64,000 nt of DNA from an uncultured Bacillota bacterium (GCA_963804645.1 CAWDRG010000002.1:32001-96000); one strand, 5' to 3'; shown: positions 30,404-39,684, counted from the stretch's first letter. The notes: a model not told the origin generated them from the sequence alone. Translations and numbers: made by a program.

Positions 30404-31447
30404 GTGCCGGTCGTAGTGGGAGAGTACGTGGATCGACTCGTGACCGTGAACATGAAGCCGAAGCGGCGGATCACGGGCAGCGGCACGACGGTGAACCCGC
30501 GAGACAACACGCACCGCCTGTACGAGGCCGCGCGCGCGAAGCAGCGGGAGCCGCTCACCTACCTGGCGGCGAAGCTGCTGCTCGATCGGCTCGGTCCCGG
30601 GGACGCGCTCTTCATCACGTGCGGAGCCGGCGGCCCGCCGGTGCGCAAAGTGGGAGAAGTGGACGGCTATCTCGGCGCCGCCGCGATCTCGCGAGCGCTG
30701 ATGCGCGGGCGGCACGCCAAGGTGGTGGTCGCGACGGACGACTGGGCCTTCGCCCCGCTCGCGGCCGCGTTCCGGGGCGCCGGCGCGATCCTGAGGCGGC
30801 CGGGCGACGACTATCGCGCCGTCACGGGGACGTTCGAGGCGATGCCGCTCGAGCACGATGCGTCCCGGACGCGCGCCGCCGAGCTGATCGACCGCTACCA
30901 TCCCAAGGTGGTGCTGGCGATCGAGCGCCTGGGCCCAAATCGCAAAGGCGTCACGCACGGCGCCACCGGCATCAGCCGCGACCCCGAGCAGAGCAAGACG
31001 CAGTATTTGTTCGAGCACGCCGCGGCGCGGAACATCGCGACCATCGGGATCGGCGACGGCGGCAACGAGATCGGCTTCGGGCTCATCCTCGACGACGTGC
31101 GCCGCGTGCTGGCGCACGGCGACCAGTGCCAGTGCCCTTGTCAGGGCGGGACGGCGTGCCAGGTGGCGACCGACGTGCTCGTGGTCGGCGCGATCTCGAA
31201 CTGGGCCGGCTACGGGGTGGCCGCGAACATCGCCTATCAGCTCGAGAAGCCGGAGCTGTTCATCAACGCCGACACGCTTGAGCGCATGCTCACCAACTGC
31301 GTGGAGGCCGGCGCGGTCGACGGCCTCTCGAACCTGCCGGAGCTCGCCGACGACGGCGTGCCGCTGCTGGCCCACCGGGCCTGCGTCGACATCCTGACGA
31401 CGCTGATCACCATCGCGGGGTCGACGGTCGACGACCCCGCGCACTAG
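30404..31447 (+). CDS. DUF4392 / glutamate cyclase domain-containing protein
   Basis: GEVDG, AIERLG, TIGIGDGGNEIGFG, ISNWAGYG, GAVDG. Confidence 0.82.
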   Translation: MPVVVGEYVDRLVTVNMKPKRRITGSGTTVNPRDNTHRLYEAARAKQREPLTYLAAKLLLDRLGPGDALFITCGAGGPPVRKVGEVDGYLGAAAISRALMRGRHAKVVVATDDWAFAPLAAAFRGAGAILRRPGDDYRAVTGTFEAMPLEHDASRTRAAELIDRYHPKVVLAIERLGPNRKGVTHGATGISRDPEQSKTQYLFEHAAARNIATIGIGDGGNEIGFGLILDDVRRVLAHGDQCQCPCQGGTACQVATDVLVVGAISNWAGYGVAANIAYQLEKPELFINADTLERMLTNCVEAGAVDGLSNLPELADDGVPLLAHRACVDILTTLITIAGSTVDDPAH

Positions 31448-31494
31448 CGGGGCGGGGCGCGGCGCGGCGGCTTGCCGCACTCGGGCGGTCGGTT

Positions 31495-32092
31495 CTACCG
31501 TGCACGGCGCGCCAGCCAGTCGTCTTCCCCGCCGATGTCCGGCCGCGCCGCCCTGACCTGGAAGAACTCCCGGAGGGGCTTGTACACGTCATAGAGGCGC
31601 CGCAGCTCGCCGATGGGCTCCGCGTGTGCGTCGACGCGGAGGTCGACCCACGCGTAGGGATCATCGGCGTAGACGAGCAGCCCGGACGATCGCTGCCCGT
31701 TCGGCTGCCCGCCGGCATCCCGCCCGGCCTCGATCGCCCGGAGCAGGCGCTCGTCAAGGTCCTCCCCGTCCGCGTGCTGAAACGCGGCCAGCATCTGCGG
31801 TACCACCCCGTCGTTGGTCAGGGCGTTGCCCATGGCGACGACGCCCGGCGGAGAACCCCTGCGCGAGCAGGCGGATGGCGAGCTGCCCGAGGCGCGGGTC
31901 GGTATGCGCCTGCGTGGCGACGGCGCCGACGTGGGGCCGGACGTGCGGGCACCGCGCCCCGACGGCGATCGCATGGGTCGCGATGCCGACCCCGAGGCGT
32001 CCGGTGCGCGCGCAGCGGGCAATCACGCTGAACGTGGTAAAGAGCGGTCCCAGCTCGGAGGCGCGCTCGGGCGCTCCGCCATCGTTCGGCAT
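31495..32092 (-). pseudogene. DUF1028 (Ntn-hydrolase) gene with internal deletion and frameshift at ~31848
   Basis: TFSVIARC, AVGARCP, GAVATQA in one frame joined directly to VVAMGNAL...AGG...DLRVDAHAEP in another; the central RQ/HTG segment is absent. Confidence 0.75.
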
Positions 32093-32115
32093 GTCGTGTC
32101 CCCCCAACGGGCGTG

Positions 32116-33903
32116 CTAGACAGCCTGCGCGTACGATTCACCGCGGATGTCCGCGCCCGCCTCGAGCACGCCGTTTGCCAGCATGCGAACGACGCACATC
32201 GACGACTTGCGCGGGAGCTTCGGCCACAGCCGGACCTTATGCCCGCGGCGCTCCAATGCCGCGATAACCTCCGGCGACAGCGTTTCCTCGACGGTCACCC
32301 ACCCCGGGTTTGCGCGGTGGGGATAGAACGAGATCGGCATGCTGTAGGTCGTGACGCGCGGCGCCTCGACGGCCGCCTGCGCGTCGAGGCCGTACACGAG
32401 CAGATTCAGGAGCGTCTGAAAGATCGCCTGCACCTGCACGTCACCGCCCGGCGTCCCGAGTCCCATGACGGGGCGCCCGTCGCGCATCACGAGCGCGGGA
32501 TTCGGGGTCAGGCGCGGCCGCTTGTGCGGTGCCACGGCGCTCGGGTGGCCCGGCTCCAGGCGCGACTGACGGCCGCGGTGGGACACCGAGATCCCGAGCG
32601 CCGGAACGAAGTCGCCGGACCCGCTCGGCGTCGACGAGAAGATCGTCCCGCGGCGGTCCATGACCGTGAGGTACGTCGTGTCGCCGGCGACTTCGTTGGC
32701 GCGCGGCACTTCAGGATCGGCGGCGTAGTCGCGTTCCCATCCCATGCGGCCGTCCGGGCGCCCGGGAGGCGGGAGATGCGGCCACGCGCGGTCCAGCGTC
32801 AGCATGGCGCGGCGGGAGGCGACGTACGGCTGCGCGAGGAGGGCGTCCATCGGCACGTCGGTAAACACGGGATCCCCGTAGAACGCCTCGCGGTCGGCAA
32901 ACGCGAGCTTCAGGGTCTCGAGCACCAGATGCAGGTGGTCGGGTCCGTTGTGGGGCAAGGCGGCGAGGTCGAACCCCTCGATCAGCCGCAGCGCCTGCGC
33001 GATGACGGGGCCCTGTGACCACGGACCGCAGACGTGCACGGCGTAGCCGAAGACGTTCGCGATGACCGGGGGCTCGAGGCGGACGTGGTACTCGGCGAGA
33101 TCCTCGTACGTCATCAACCCCCCGGTCTCGGCGCAATATCGTGCGATGTCGTGCGCCGGGGCGCCCGTGTAGAAGTAGTCGCGCGCCGCCCGAATGCTGG
33201 CCTCGCGTCCGCGGGACCGGTGGCGCGCCGCTTCGGCGACGAGCGTGTCCAGCAGGGCCGCGAGCGCGGGCTGCCGCACGAGGTCGCCCGGCTGCGGGAC
33301 GCGGCGGTTCGGCGTCAGGACGGCCGCCGTGGTCGGCTGGTCGTCGAAAAAGTCGGGGCCGAACCCGGCGTGGTAGTCGGTGAACGCCTCGTAGGCAGGG
33401 AACCCGTCCGCCGCGGCCCGCCGGGCGGGCGCGACCACGTCCGCGAGTTCCATGGTGCCCGCGCGCGCGAGCGCCGTCAGCCAGGCGTCGAGCGCCGCCG
33501 GCACGACCGACCCCGCGGTCCCGCGCGGCGGCAGCTTGCCGCCATGGTGCTGTTGGAAGTACTCGACGGTGGCGCGGGCCGGCCACCAGCCCAGGCCGTC
33601 GATGTTGTCCACGACGCGGCGCACGGGGTCGTACAGGATGATCGGCGCCTCGCCCCCGAGGTTGGCCATGTGCGGTTTGACCACGTTGAGGACCAGCCCG
33701 GCGGCCACGCCCGCGTCGACCGCGTTGCCGCCGGCGCGCAAGATCTCGTATCCGGCCTGCGAGGCCAGGTAGTGGCCGGCCGCGATCGCGCCCTCGGCGC
33801 CGCGCACCACGGGTCGGTAGGTGTGATTGCCGTCGGGCGGCCGCGCGACCATGTTGTGGATCGCGTAGGCGGCATGCTCGTCGTTCGTCGTCGACCGGTT
33901 CAT
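32116..33903 (-). CDS. gamma-glutamyltransferase-family (Ntn) acylase, non-canonical
   Basis: GGNAVDAGVA, AFADRE, GDTTYL nucleophile, GTPGGD, GADIRG; AGGAGG RBS. Confidence 0.9.
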   Translation of the reverse strand: MNRSTTNDEHAAYAIHNMVARPPDGNHTYRPVVRGAEGAIAAGHYLASQAGYEILRAGGNAVDAGVAAGLVLNVVKPHMANLGGEAPIILYDPVRRVVDNIDGLGWWPARATVEYFQQHHGGKLPPRGTAGSVVPAALDAWLTALARAGTMELADVVAPARRAAADGFPAYEAFTDYHAGFGPDFFDDQPTTAAVLTPNRRVPQPGDLVRQPALAALLDTLVAEAARHRSRGREASIRAARDYFYTGAPAHDIARYCAETGGLMTYEDLAEYHVRLEPPVIANVFGYAVHVCGPWSQGPVIAQALRLIEGFDLAALPHNGPDHLHLVLETLKLAFADREAFYGDPVFTDVPMDALLAQPYVASRRAMLTLDRAWPHLPPPGRPDGRMGWERDYAADPEVPRANEVAGDTTYLTVMDRRGTIFSSTPSGSGDFVPALGISVSHRGRQSRLEPGHPSAVAPHKRPRLTPNPALVMRDGRPVMGLGTPGGDVQVQAIFQTLLNLLVYGLDAQAAVEAPRVTTYSMPISFYPHRANPGWVTVEETLSPEVIAALERRGHKVRLWPKLPRKSSMCVVRMLANGVLEAGADIRGESYAQAV

Positions 33904-33952
33904 CGCCCGTCCTCCTGTTCGTGTGTCCCCATCGCCGCGGTGGCCGGTTGGG

Positions 33953-34831
33953 TTAGACGTTGCCGCGCAGCCTCGGATCGAACGCATCGCGCAGGCCGTC
34001 TCCCAACAGGTTGGAGCCGAGCACCAGCAGCGCGATCGCGAGCCCCGGACCCAGGCTCACCCACGGGGCCGTGGTCAGGACGACCATCCCGTCGTTCACC
34101 ATCAGTCCCCACGACGGCGTGGGCGGGGGCGGCCCCAGGCCGAGGAAGCTCAGGCCCGCTTCGACGAGGATCGCATCGCCGACCGTGAGGCTGGCCAGGA
34201 CGAGGAGCGGCGCCAGCACGTTGGGGAGAATGTGGACGGCGATGACCCGTCGGTTCGTGTTCCCGACGACGCGCGCCGCGAGCACGTATTCTTTCTCGCG
34301 CTCCTCGAGGACCTGCCCGCGCGTCAGGCGCGCGAACACCGGCGTGACGGCCAGGCCGACGGCGAGCACGACGCCGATCTGGGACGGGCCGAGCGTCGCG
34401 ATGACGAAGATCGCCGACAGATACAGTGGAAACGCCAGCATCGTGTCGACTACGCGGCCGATCACCCCGTCGACCCAGCCGCGGTAATACCCCGCGGCCA
34501 ATCCCAACAGCGCTCCCTGGACGGCGCCGACGAGCACCGCGCCGAGCCCCGTGACCAGCGACAGCCGCGCGCCCCACACCGTGCGGCTCAGCAGGTCACG
34601 GCCCAGCCGGTCGGTGCCGAGCCAGTGTGCGATCGTCGGCGGCTGATTCTGATCGAGCAGGTGCTGCTGCAGGGGGTCGTACGGGGCCAGCGCCGGCGCG
34701 AGCAGCGCCACCAGGACGATCCCGAGCGTCACCGCGAGCCCGAACACCGCCCCGCGCGAGCGCAGCAGGGTGCGCGCGGCCAGGCGAAGCGGCGAGGACG
34801 CCGCGCGGCGCGAGCCGGCGTCGCTACGCAT
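33953..34831 (-). CDS. peptide ABC transporter permease (DppC/OppC-like)
   Basis: HWLGTDRLGRD, EYVLAARVVG, HILPN, EAGLSFLGLG, GDGLRDAFDPR. Confidence 0.94.
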   Translation of the reverse strand: MRSDAGSRRAASSPLRLAARTLLRSRGAVFGLAVTLGIVLVALLAPALAPYDPLQQHLLDQNQPPTIAHWLGTDRLGRDLLSRTVWGARLSLVTGLGAVLVGAVQGALLGLAAGYYRGWVDGVIGRVVDTMLAFPLYLSAIFVIATLGPSQIGVVLAVGLAVTPVFARLTRGQVLEEREKEYVLAARVVGNTNRRVIAVHILPNVLAPLLVLASLTVGDAILVEAGLSFLGLGPPPPTPSWGLMVNDGMVVLTTAPWVSLGPGLAIALLVLGSNLLGDGLRDAFDPRLRGNV

Positions 34832-35762
34832 AGGCGATGCGGGGATCGACCAGACTGTACGCGATGTCGACGAGCGCGTTCACGACGATGACGATCACGA
34901 GGAACACGACGAGCGTGCCTTGGATCTGCGGCAGGTCGCGCGCCAGCACGGCATCGACCAGGAGCTTCCCGATGCCGGGCCGGCTGAACACCACCTCGAC
35001 GATCGCGGTTCCGGCGAGCAGGTGCCCGATTGTCACCCCGAGGATCGTGATCACGGGCAGCAGACTGTTGCGGAGGGCATGCCGGTACAGGACCGCTCGC
35101 CGCGTGGCGCCCTTCGCGCGGGCCGTCCGGACGAAGTCGAGCCCGAGGACGTTGAGCAGCGACGATCGTGAGATGCGCGAGAGGAGCGCACCGGTCCGCA
35201 GGCCCAGGACGAGCGCCGGCAGGACCAGACCGCGCAGCGTCTCGAGCGGGCCCCCCGCCCCGCCCCCGATCATCGGAAACCACCCGAGCTCGAAGGAAAA
35301 CACCAGCAGCAGAGCGAGCCCCAGCACAAAGCTCGGCACACAGATCGCGAGCAGCGCTCCCCCCATCGTCAGGAAGTCGAGGGCGCGTCCGCGGTGGAGC
35401 GCAGCGGCCATGCCGAGCGGGATCCCGAGCCCCACGGAGACGATCGTGGCAGCCGCCGCGAGCTGCGCCGTGGCCGGGAACTGTCCGGCGATGATGTGCG
35501 CGACGGGCTGCTCGGAGCGAAACGACGTGCCGAGCCGTCCGGTCGCGAGGTTGCCCATAAAGCCGAGATACTGGGCCACGAGCGGGTGGTTGAGTCCGAG
35601 CCGGATCCGCATCGCGGCGGCCGTCTCGGGCGTAAACTGGTCTTGGAGCAGCGCGGCGACCGGATCGCCCGGCATGAGGTGCACCATGAAAAAGATCACG
35701 GTCGCACCGGCCAACACCGTCGCGAGCGACGCCGCCAGCCGGTAGGTGCAGTAGCGCAGCAC
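34824..35762 (-). CDS. peptide ABC transporter permease (DppB/OppB-like)
   Basis: MPGDP, DFVRTARAKG, HALRNS, VEVVFSRPGIG, DPRI. Confidence 0.94.
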   Translation of the reverse strand: MLRYCTYRLAASLATVLAGATVIFFMVHLMPGDPVAALLQDQFTPETAAAMRIRLGLNHPLVAQYLGFMGNLATGRLGTSFRSEQPVAHIIAGQFPATAQLAAAATIVSVGLGIPLGMAAALHRGRALDFLTMGGALLAICVPSFVLGLALLLVFSFELGWFPMIGGGAGGPLETLRGLVLPALVLGLRTGALLSRISRSSLLNVLGLDFVRTARAKGATRRAVLYRHALRNSLLPVITILGVTIGHLLAGTAIVEVVFSRPGIGKLLVDAVLARDLPQIQGTLVVFLVIVIVVNALVDIAYSLVDPRIAYA

Positions 35763-35780
35763 GGGCGGCCGCTCCTCAGC

Positions 35781-37355
35781 TTACCGCGACACGGACCACT
35801 GCCAGGCGTTGAAGATGAGCAACTGCAGCTGCACCCCCGACAGGCGCGGGGCGTAGGCCAGCATCAGCGTCGGGTTCAGCACCGGGATGTTCGGCGCATC
35901 CTGCTCGAGCTGGCGTTGCGCGACCTGCGCGTACCGGATGCGCTCGGCGGGGTCCGTCGCGTACCGCATGCTGTCGAGCGGCGCGTCGGCCCGGTCGTAG
36001 CGGCTGAAGTTGTTCGAGCCGATGCTCTTGGAGTAGAAGGGGTCGACAAGAAACTGCTCGGGCTCCGTGCGCAGCAAGGCGAACACCAGCGCGTCGAAGT
36101 TGCCCGCGCGCGCGCGCTGGAGAAACACCGGCGTGTCGACGACGTCGACATTGAAGGTCACGCCGAGCGCCTTCCAGTTTTCCTGCGCGACCGCCGCAAG
36201 GTCCGTCTGGTCCTGGAGGCCGAGCGCCATCAGCGAGAACGTCTTTCCCGGGAACCCCGCGTCAGCCCCGGCGCTCTTGAGCAGCTGCTTCGCCTGATCC
36301 GGATTGTAATTGTAGGTGACGCCGGGCAGCGACCCCGTCACGGTCGGCGGCACCATCGTGTCGCTGAACGTGCCGAGGCCCTTGAACAGCGAATCCAAGA
36401 TCCCCAGACGGTTCAATCCGTACCACAGGGCCTGGCGGACGCGCACGTCGTTAAACGGCGCACGCGTGGTGTTGAAGGAGAAGAAGTAGGTCCGGGGCAT
36501 CGGGGCGCGCAGCACGCGGACGCCCTGCGCCGTGATCGCCTGCCGCTGCACCTCGGGAATCTGCAGGTAGCGCGCGTCGATCTCGCCGCGCCTAAGCGCC
36601 AGCAGCGCCGTCTGATCGTCTTTGACGACGCGCACGTCGATCTCGGCAATCGCGGGCGCCCCGCCGTAGTAGTCGGGGTTCGCCGTCAGCACCACCTGGG
36701 CGCCCTGCTGCCACGACGTGAACACGTACGGGCCGGAGCCGACCGGGGTCGTCTTGAGCGAGTCGGGATTCGTATCGAGAATCTTCTTGGGCACGATCAG
36801 CCCGGGTCGATAGGCCACGATCGCGGTCAGGAACGACAGCGACGGACGGTCGAGGGTAAACCGGACGGTGTACGGGTCCGGCGCGTCGATCCGCTTGACC
36901 TCCGCCAGGTCGGCGAAGAAGATCGACCCGCTCGTGCGGCTGGCGGCGCGCTGAAAGTGCGCCACCACGTCCGCGGCGGTGACCTCGCCGAGGCCGCGCT
37001 GCCACTTGACGCCGTGCCGGAGGTGGAAGGTATACACGAGCCCGTCGCTCGAAACGTCCCACTGCTGGGCGAGGTCCGGTTCGATCGTCATCGTCCCGGG
37101 CTGCACGCGCACGAGCCCGCTGAAAACGAGCGAGGCGACGGAGTAGTCGGCCGGCGCCGAGATCGCGATGGGGTCGACGTTGATGATGTCGCGGTCGTTG
37201 GAGACCACAACCCGAGTCGGCTGCGCCGGCCGGGCCGTCCCGAGGCCGGCCCCCAGCGTCGCGACGACCGCCAGGCCCGCAAGCCAGGCCCACGCGGCCC
37301 GGCGGCCGCGCCGCCCGCCGGTGTGCGGCCGAGGGTGCTCGGCGCCGCTGCTCAT
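35781..37355 (-). CDS. peptide ABC transporter substrate-binding protein (family 5)
   Basis: PDLAQQW-VS-DGLVYTFHLR-GVKW, PVGSGPY, PFNDVRVRQAL. Confidence 0.92.
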   Translation of the reverse strand: MSSGAEHPRPHTGGRRGRRAAWAWLAGLAVVATLGAGLGTARPAQPTRVVVSNDRDIINVDPIAISAPADYSVASLVFSGLVRVQPGTMTIEPDLAQQWDVSSDGLVYTFHLRHGVKWQRGLGEVTAADVVAHFQRAASRTSGSIFFADLAEVKRIDAPDPYTVRFTLDRPSLSFLTAIVAYRPGLIVPKKILDTNPDSLKTTPVGSGPYVFTSWQQGAQVVLTANPDYYGGAPAIAEIDVRVVKDDQTALLALRRGEIDARYLQIPEVQRQAITAQGVRVLRAPMPRTYFFSFNTTRAPFNDVRVRQALWYGLNRLGILDSLFKGLGTFSDTMVPPTVTGSLPGVTYNYNPDQAKQLLKSAGADAGFPGKTFSLMALGLQDQTDLAAVAQENWKALGVTFNVDVVDTPVFLQRARAGNFDALVFALLRTEPEQFLVDPFYSKSIGSNNFSRYDRADAPLDSMRYATDPAERIRYAQVAQRQLEQDAPNIPVLNPTLMLAYAPRLSGVQLQLLIFNAWQWSVSR

Positions 37356-38506
37356 CGTGAATGCCCCACTTCCCACAAAGTTTCGTGCCGGGAAGTGTCG
37401 GTGAGATACCGTGCCCCGCGGTCCGTGACGAGGATCAGATCCTCGACGTGGAAGCTGTCGCGCGGCGCATCGTTGTACCCGGTTTCGATCATCATCGTCA
37501 TGCCCTCGAGCACGGGATCTTCGACCCAGGAGTAGAGCTGGGGCGTTTCGTGGGCGCCGGTGCCGATGCCGTGGCCGAGAATCGACCACTTGTACTCCAG
37601 CCCCAGGTCGCGGTACGCGCCCTGCCCCACCCGGCTGACCTCGGAAGCGGTGACGCCCGGGCGGATCGCGGCCACGATGCGCCGGTTGACCTCCGAGAGC
37701 TTCGCGTGCACATCCTTCTGATGCGGGGTCGCGGGCCCGAGCACCACCTCGCGGGCGAGGTCCGAGTAGTATCCGTCGAGCATCCCGCCGAAGTCCACCT
37801 TGAGAATGCGGCTGGGCGGCACCGGCGCGTCCGTCGCTACCCCGTGAAAGCGCCCGGAGCGCTCCGCGGAGCCGAGGAAGCAGAACGCCACATAATCCGC
37901 GCCGCGCGTCAGCGTCTCGTAGCACATCTGCGCCGCGATCTTGCGCTCCGTGTCCCCGGGCCGCGCCGCCGCGAACGCCGCGTCGATCGCGTCGGCCGTG
38001 AGATTGGCGAACCGTGAGAGCAACTCGACCTCCGCCGGCGTCCGGACGGCCCGCAGGCGCTCGACGAACGGCAGGGCGTCTTCAAATTCGATCTCGGGAA
38101 ACATGGCCGCGAGCGCGCGGAGATGGTTCCCGGGAAAATGGCGCGCTTCAATACCGACCCGGCCGCGCGTGACGCGCTTCGCGCGCAGCGCGTCCGCGAC
38201 GGCGCGCACGCAGTCCGGCCCCTCGCCCTGATAGTCGCGCACGTCCGTGATGAACGTGTCGTCCGACGCTAGCGCGGCTTTACGGCGGTCCAGCACGATC
38301 AGGGCCGGGTCCCCGTCCTTCGGCCACACGACGAAATGGAACCGTTCGACCAGAAACCGCATGTCGGGATTATAGAATCCCGAGAAGTACGGGACCGAGT
38401 CTGGCGACAGCAGAATCAGCGCGTCATACGGTCCGTGCGCGATGAGATCGTAGACCCGCGCGATGTTGGTGTACTTGCCGCGCCGCGCCTTGCTGACGTC
38501 GAGCAT
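37352..38506 (-). CDS. M24 family Xaa-Pro peptidase-like protein
   Basis: RAVRTPAEV, VDFGG-DGYYSD, GHGIG-HE, IETG, HVEDL metal ligands. Confidence 0.9.
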   Translation of the reverse strand: MLDVSKARRGKYTNIARVYDLIAHGPYDALILLSPDSVPYFSGFYNPDMRFLVERFHFVVWPKDGDPALIVLDRRKAALASDDTFITDVRDYQGEGPDCVRAVADALRAKRVTRGRVGIEARHFPGNHLRALAAMFPEIEFEDALPFVERLRAVRTPAEVELLSRFANLTADAIDAAFAAARPGDTERKIAAQMCYETLTRGADYVAFCFLGSAERSGRFHGVATDAPVPPSRILKVDFGGMLDGYYSDLAREVVLGPATPHQKDVHAKLSEVNRRIVAAIRPGVTASEVSRVGQGAYRDLGLEYKWSILGHGIGTGAHETPQLYSWVEDPVLEGMTMMIETGYNDAPRDSFHVEDLILVTDRGARYLTDTSRHETLWEVGHSR

Positions 38507-38774
38507 CAAGCATCCCTCCCGACCGTGGTGCGTTCCGCGTGCCGGTGCGCGCGGCATCGGGTCCCCCGCTCCTGTCCGCACGTGTTCCCGACGGCATGCC
38601 GCGCGGCGGAGACGCGTCCGCGAGGATGGCGACAATGGCTGGCGGCGAAACGCTGCTGAGTTATGGTAAACGGGACGCCGCGTCGAACTGAGGGGCGTGC
38701 CGGGCGATGTCCGCGCACGTATCACACGTGTATTGGCGGACCGCGCGTCGGTTTCCTTTCGCCGCGATCCGCGG

Positions 38775-38798
38775 GGGCCGCCGCCTCGGCGGCGGCCC
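38775..38798. terminator. GC hairpin GGGCCGCCGC-CTCG-GCGGCGGCCC (possible terminator)
   Basis: Perfect 10-bp stem downstream of the 38931-39362 gene; no clear U-tract. Confidence 0.35.
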
Positions 38799-38930
38799 AT
38801 CACAGGGGCTCGGGACCGCGCCGCGGAAGCACCCGTCGATCTGCGTAACGCCGCGCGCGGCCACCATACGCGGCGCGAACGCGCCGGGCTCGTGAGCGGA
38901 CGGCCGGTCCGCGGGACGGCGCCTGCGGAT

Positions 38931-39362
38931 TTACTTGATATTCCCGACGATCGCGTTGTTTGTATCGGTCACACTCTTTTCGATGTCCGACGCGGTCTGA
39001 AGAAGTTTCGACCGCAGATCCATCAGCATCTGCAGCTGCATGGAAGCCATCTCAGATATTTCGTTGTCGCTGTCCAGGTCATTTTGGAGCGTCGAGATCG
39101 CGCTCTGGACCTGAATCACAGCCAGCGGCGCAGACTCGCCGGTGAGTTGAACCGAGACCGGCGAGTTGCCCGCGGCCACCGGCACCGTGGCGCCGTCTTG
39201 GTCCTCGTAAAAGCCGGACGTGACCGACAGCCCCGACGCGGTCTCGCCATTACTGCGCACGAGGATCGCGACGCGCCCGGTTAGTTTTCGCGATGGTGCG
39301 CCCGTTCGCTTTGCCCCTGCGGCCGTCCTCCGGTCCGGTGGTGCCGTCCGTCTCGCGGTCAT
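38931..39362 (-). CDS. hypothetical protein (143 aa) with needle/axial-protein-like C-terminal helix
   Basis: AGGAGGA RBS; basic disordered N-terminus; amphipathic C-terminus LQMLMDLRSKLLQTASDIEKSVTDTNNAIVGNIK. Confidence 0.7.
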   Translation of the reverse strand: MTARRTAPPDRRTAAGAKRTGAPSRKLTGRVAILVRSNGETASGLSVTSGFYEDQDGATVPVAAGNSPVSVQLTGESAPLAVIQVQSAISTLQNDLDSDNEISEMASMQLQMLMDLRSKLLQTASDIEKSVTDTNNAIVGNIK

Positions 39363-39522
39363 CGGCGTCCTCCTGGATCGTGCGTGACGCGGGCCGCGCG
39401 GCGCGTCCCCGCGGCCGGCCCGCACCTCGTACCAGCGTAGGGTCTTCGTTCAGGTCGAGCTGTTCCCCCCTCGTCGGGGCGATGCGGCGAGGCACCTGGC
39501 GCGTCGAGTGTCCGGCCACGGC

Positions 39523-39551
39523 TTGACAGGCCCGACACACCGGCGTATTTT
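39523..39551 (+). promoter_or_regulatory. sigma70-type promoter TTGACA-N17-TATTTT for the ankyrin gene
   Basis: -35 at 39523-39528, -10 at 39546-39551, optimal spacing. Confidence 0.65.
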
Positions 39552-39557
39552 CTGCAT

Positions 39558-39684
39558 GGCTGGGCAAGCAGCCGCCGGACCCGCGGGAAGGGCTAAGCCC
39601 ACTTGCGCACACCGAAGACCGCTTCAGCCTCTGTGCAGCCGGAGTTGCGGGTCGTCGGCGTCGATACGCATGGAGGTGCGTATG
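39558..39684 (+). ncRNA. candidate structured cis-regulatory 5' leader RNA
   Basis: Nested stems 39558-62/39569-73, 39573-84/39647-60, 39590-93/39597-600, 39607-11/39632-36, 39614-17/39622-25, and SD/ATG hairpin 39664-70/39677-83. Confidence 0.5.

Noticed and set aside
38716..38735. ACACGTGT palindrome upstream of the M24/dpp operon as a GntR-type operator
   Set aside because: Short single instance, no cognate regulator in the window and no second copy to support it
39543..39548. GCGTAT as an anti-anti-SD partner for ATACGC (39664-69)
   Set aside because: It overlaps the predicted -10 and lies upstream of the likely TSS, so it would not be in the transcript
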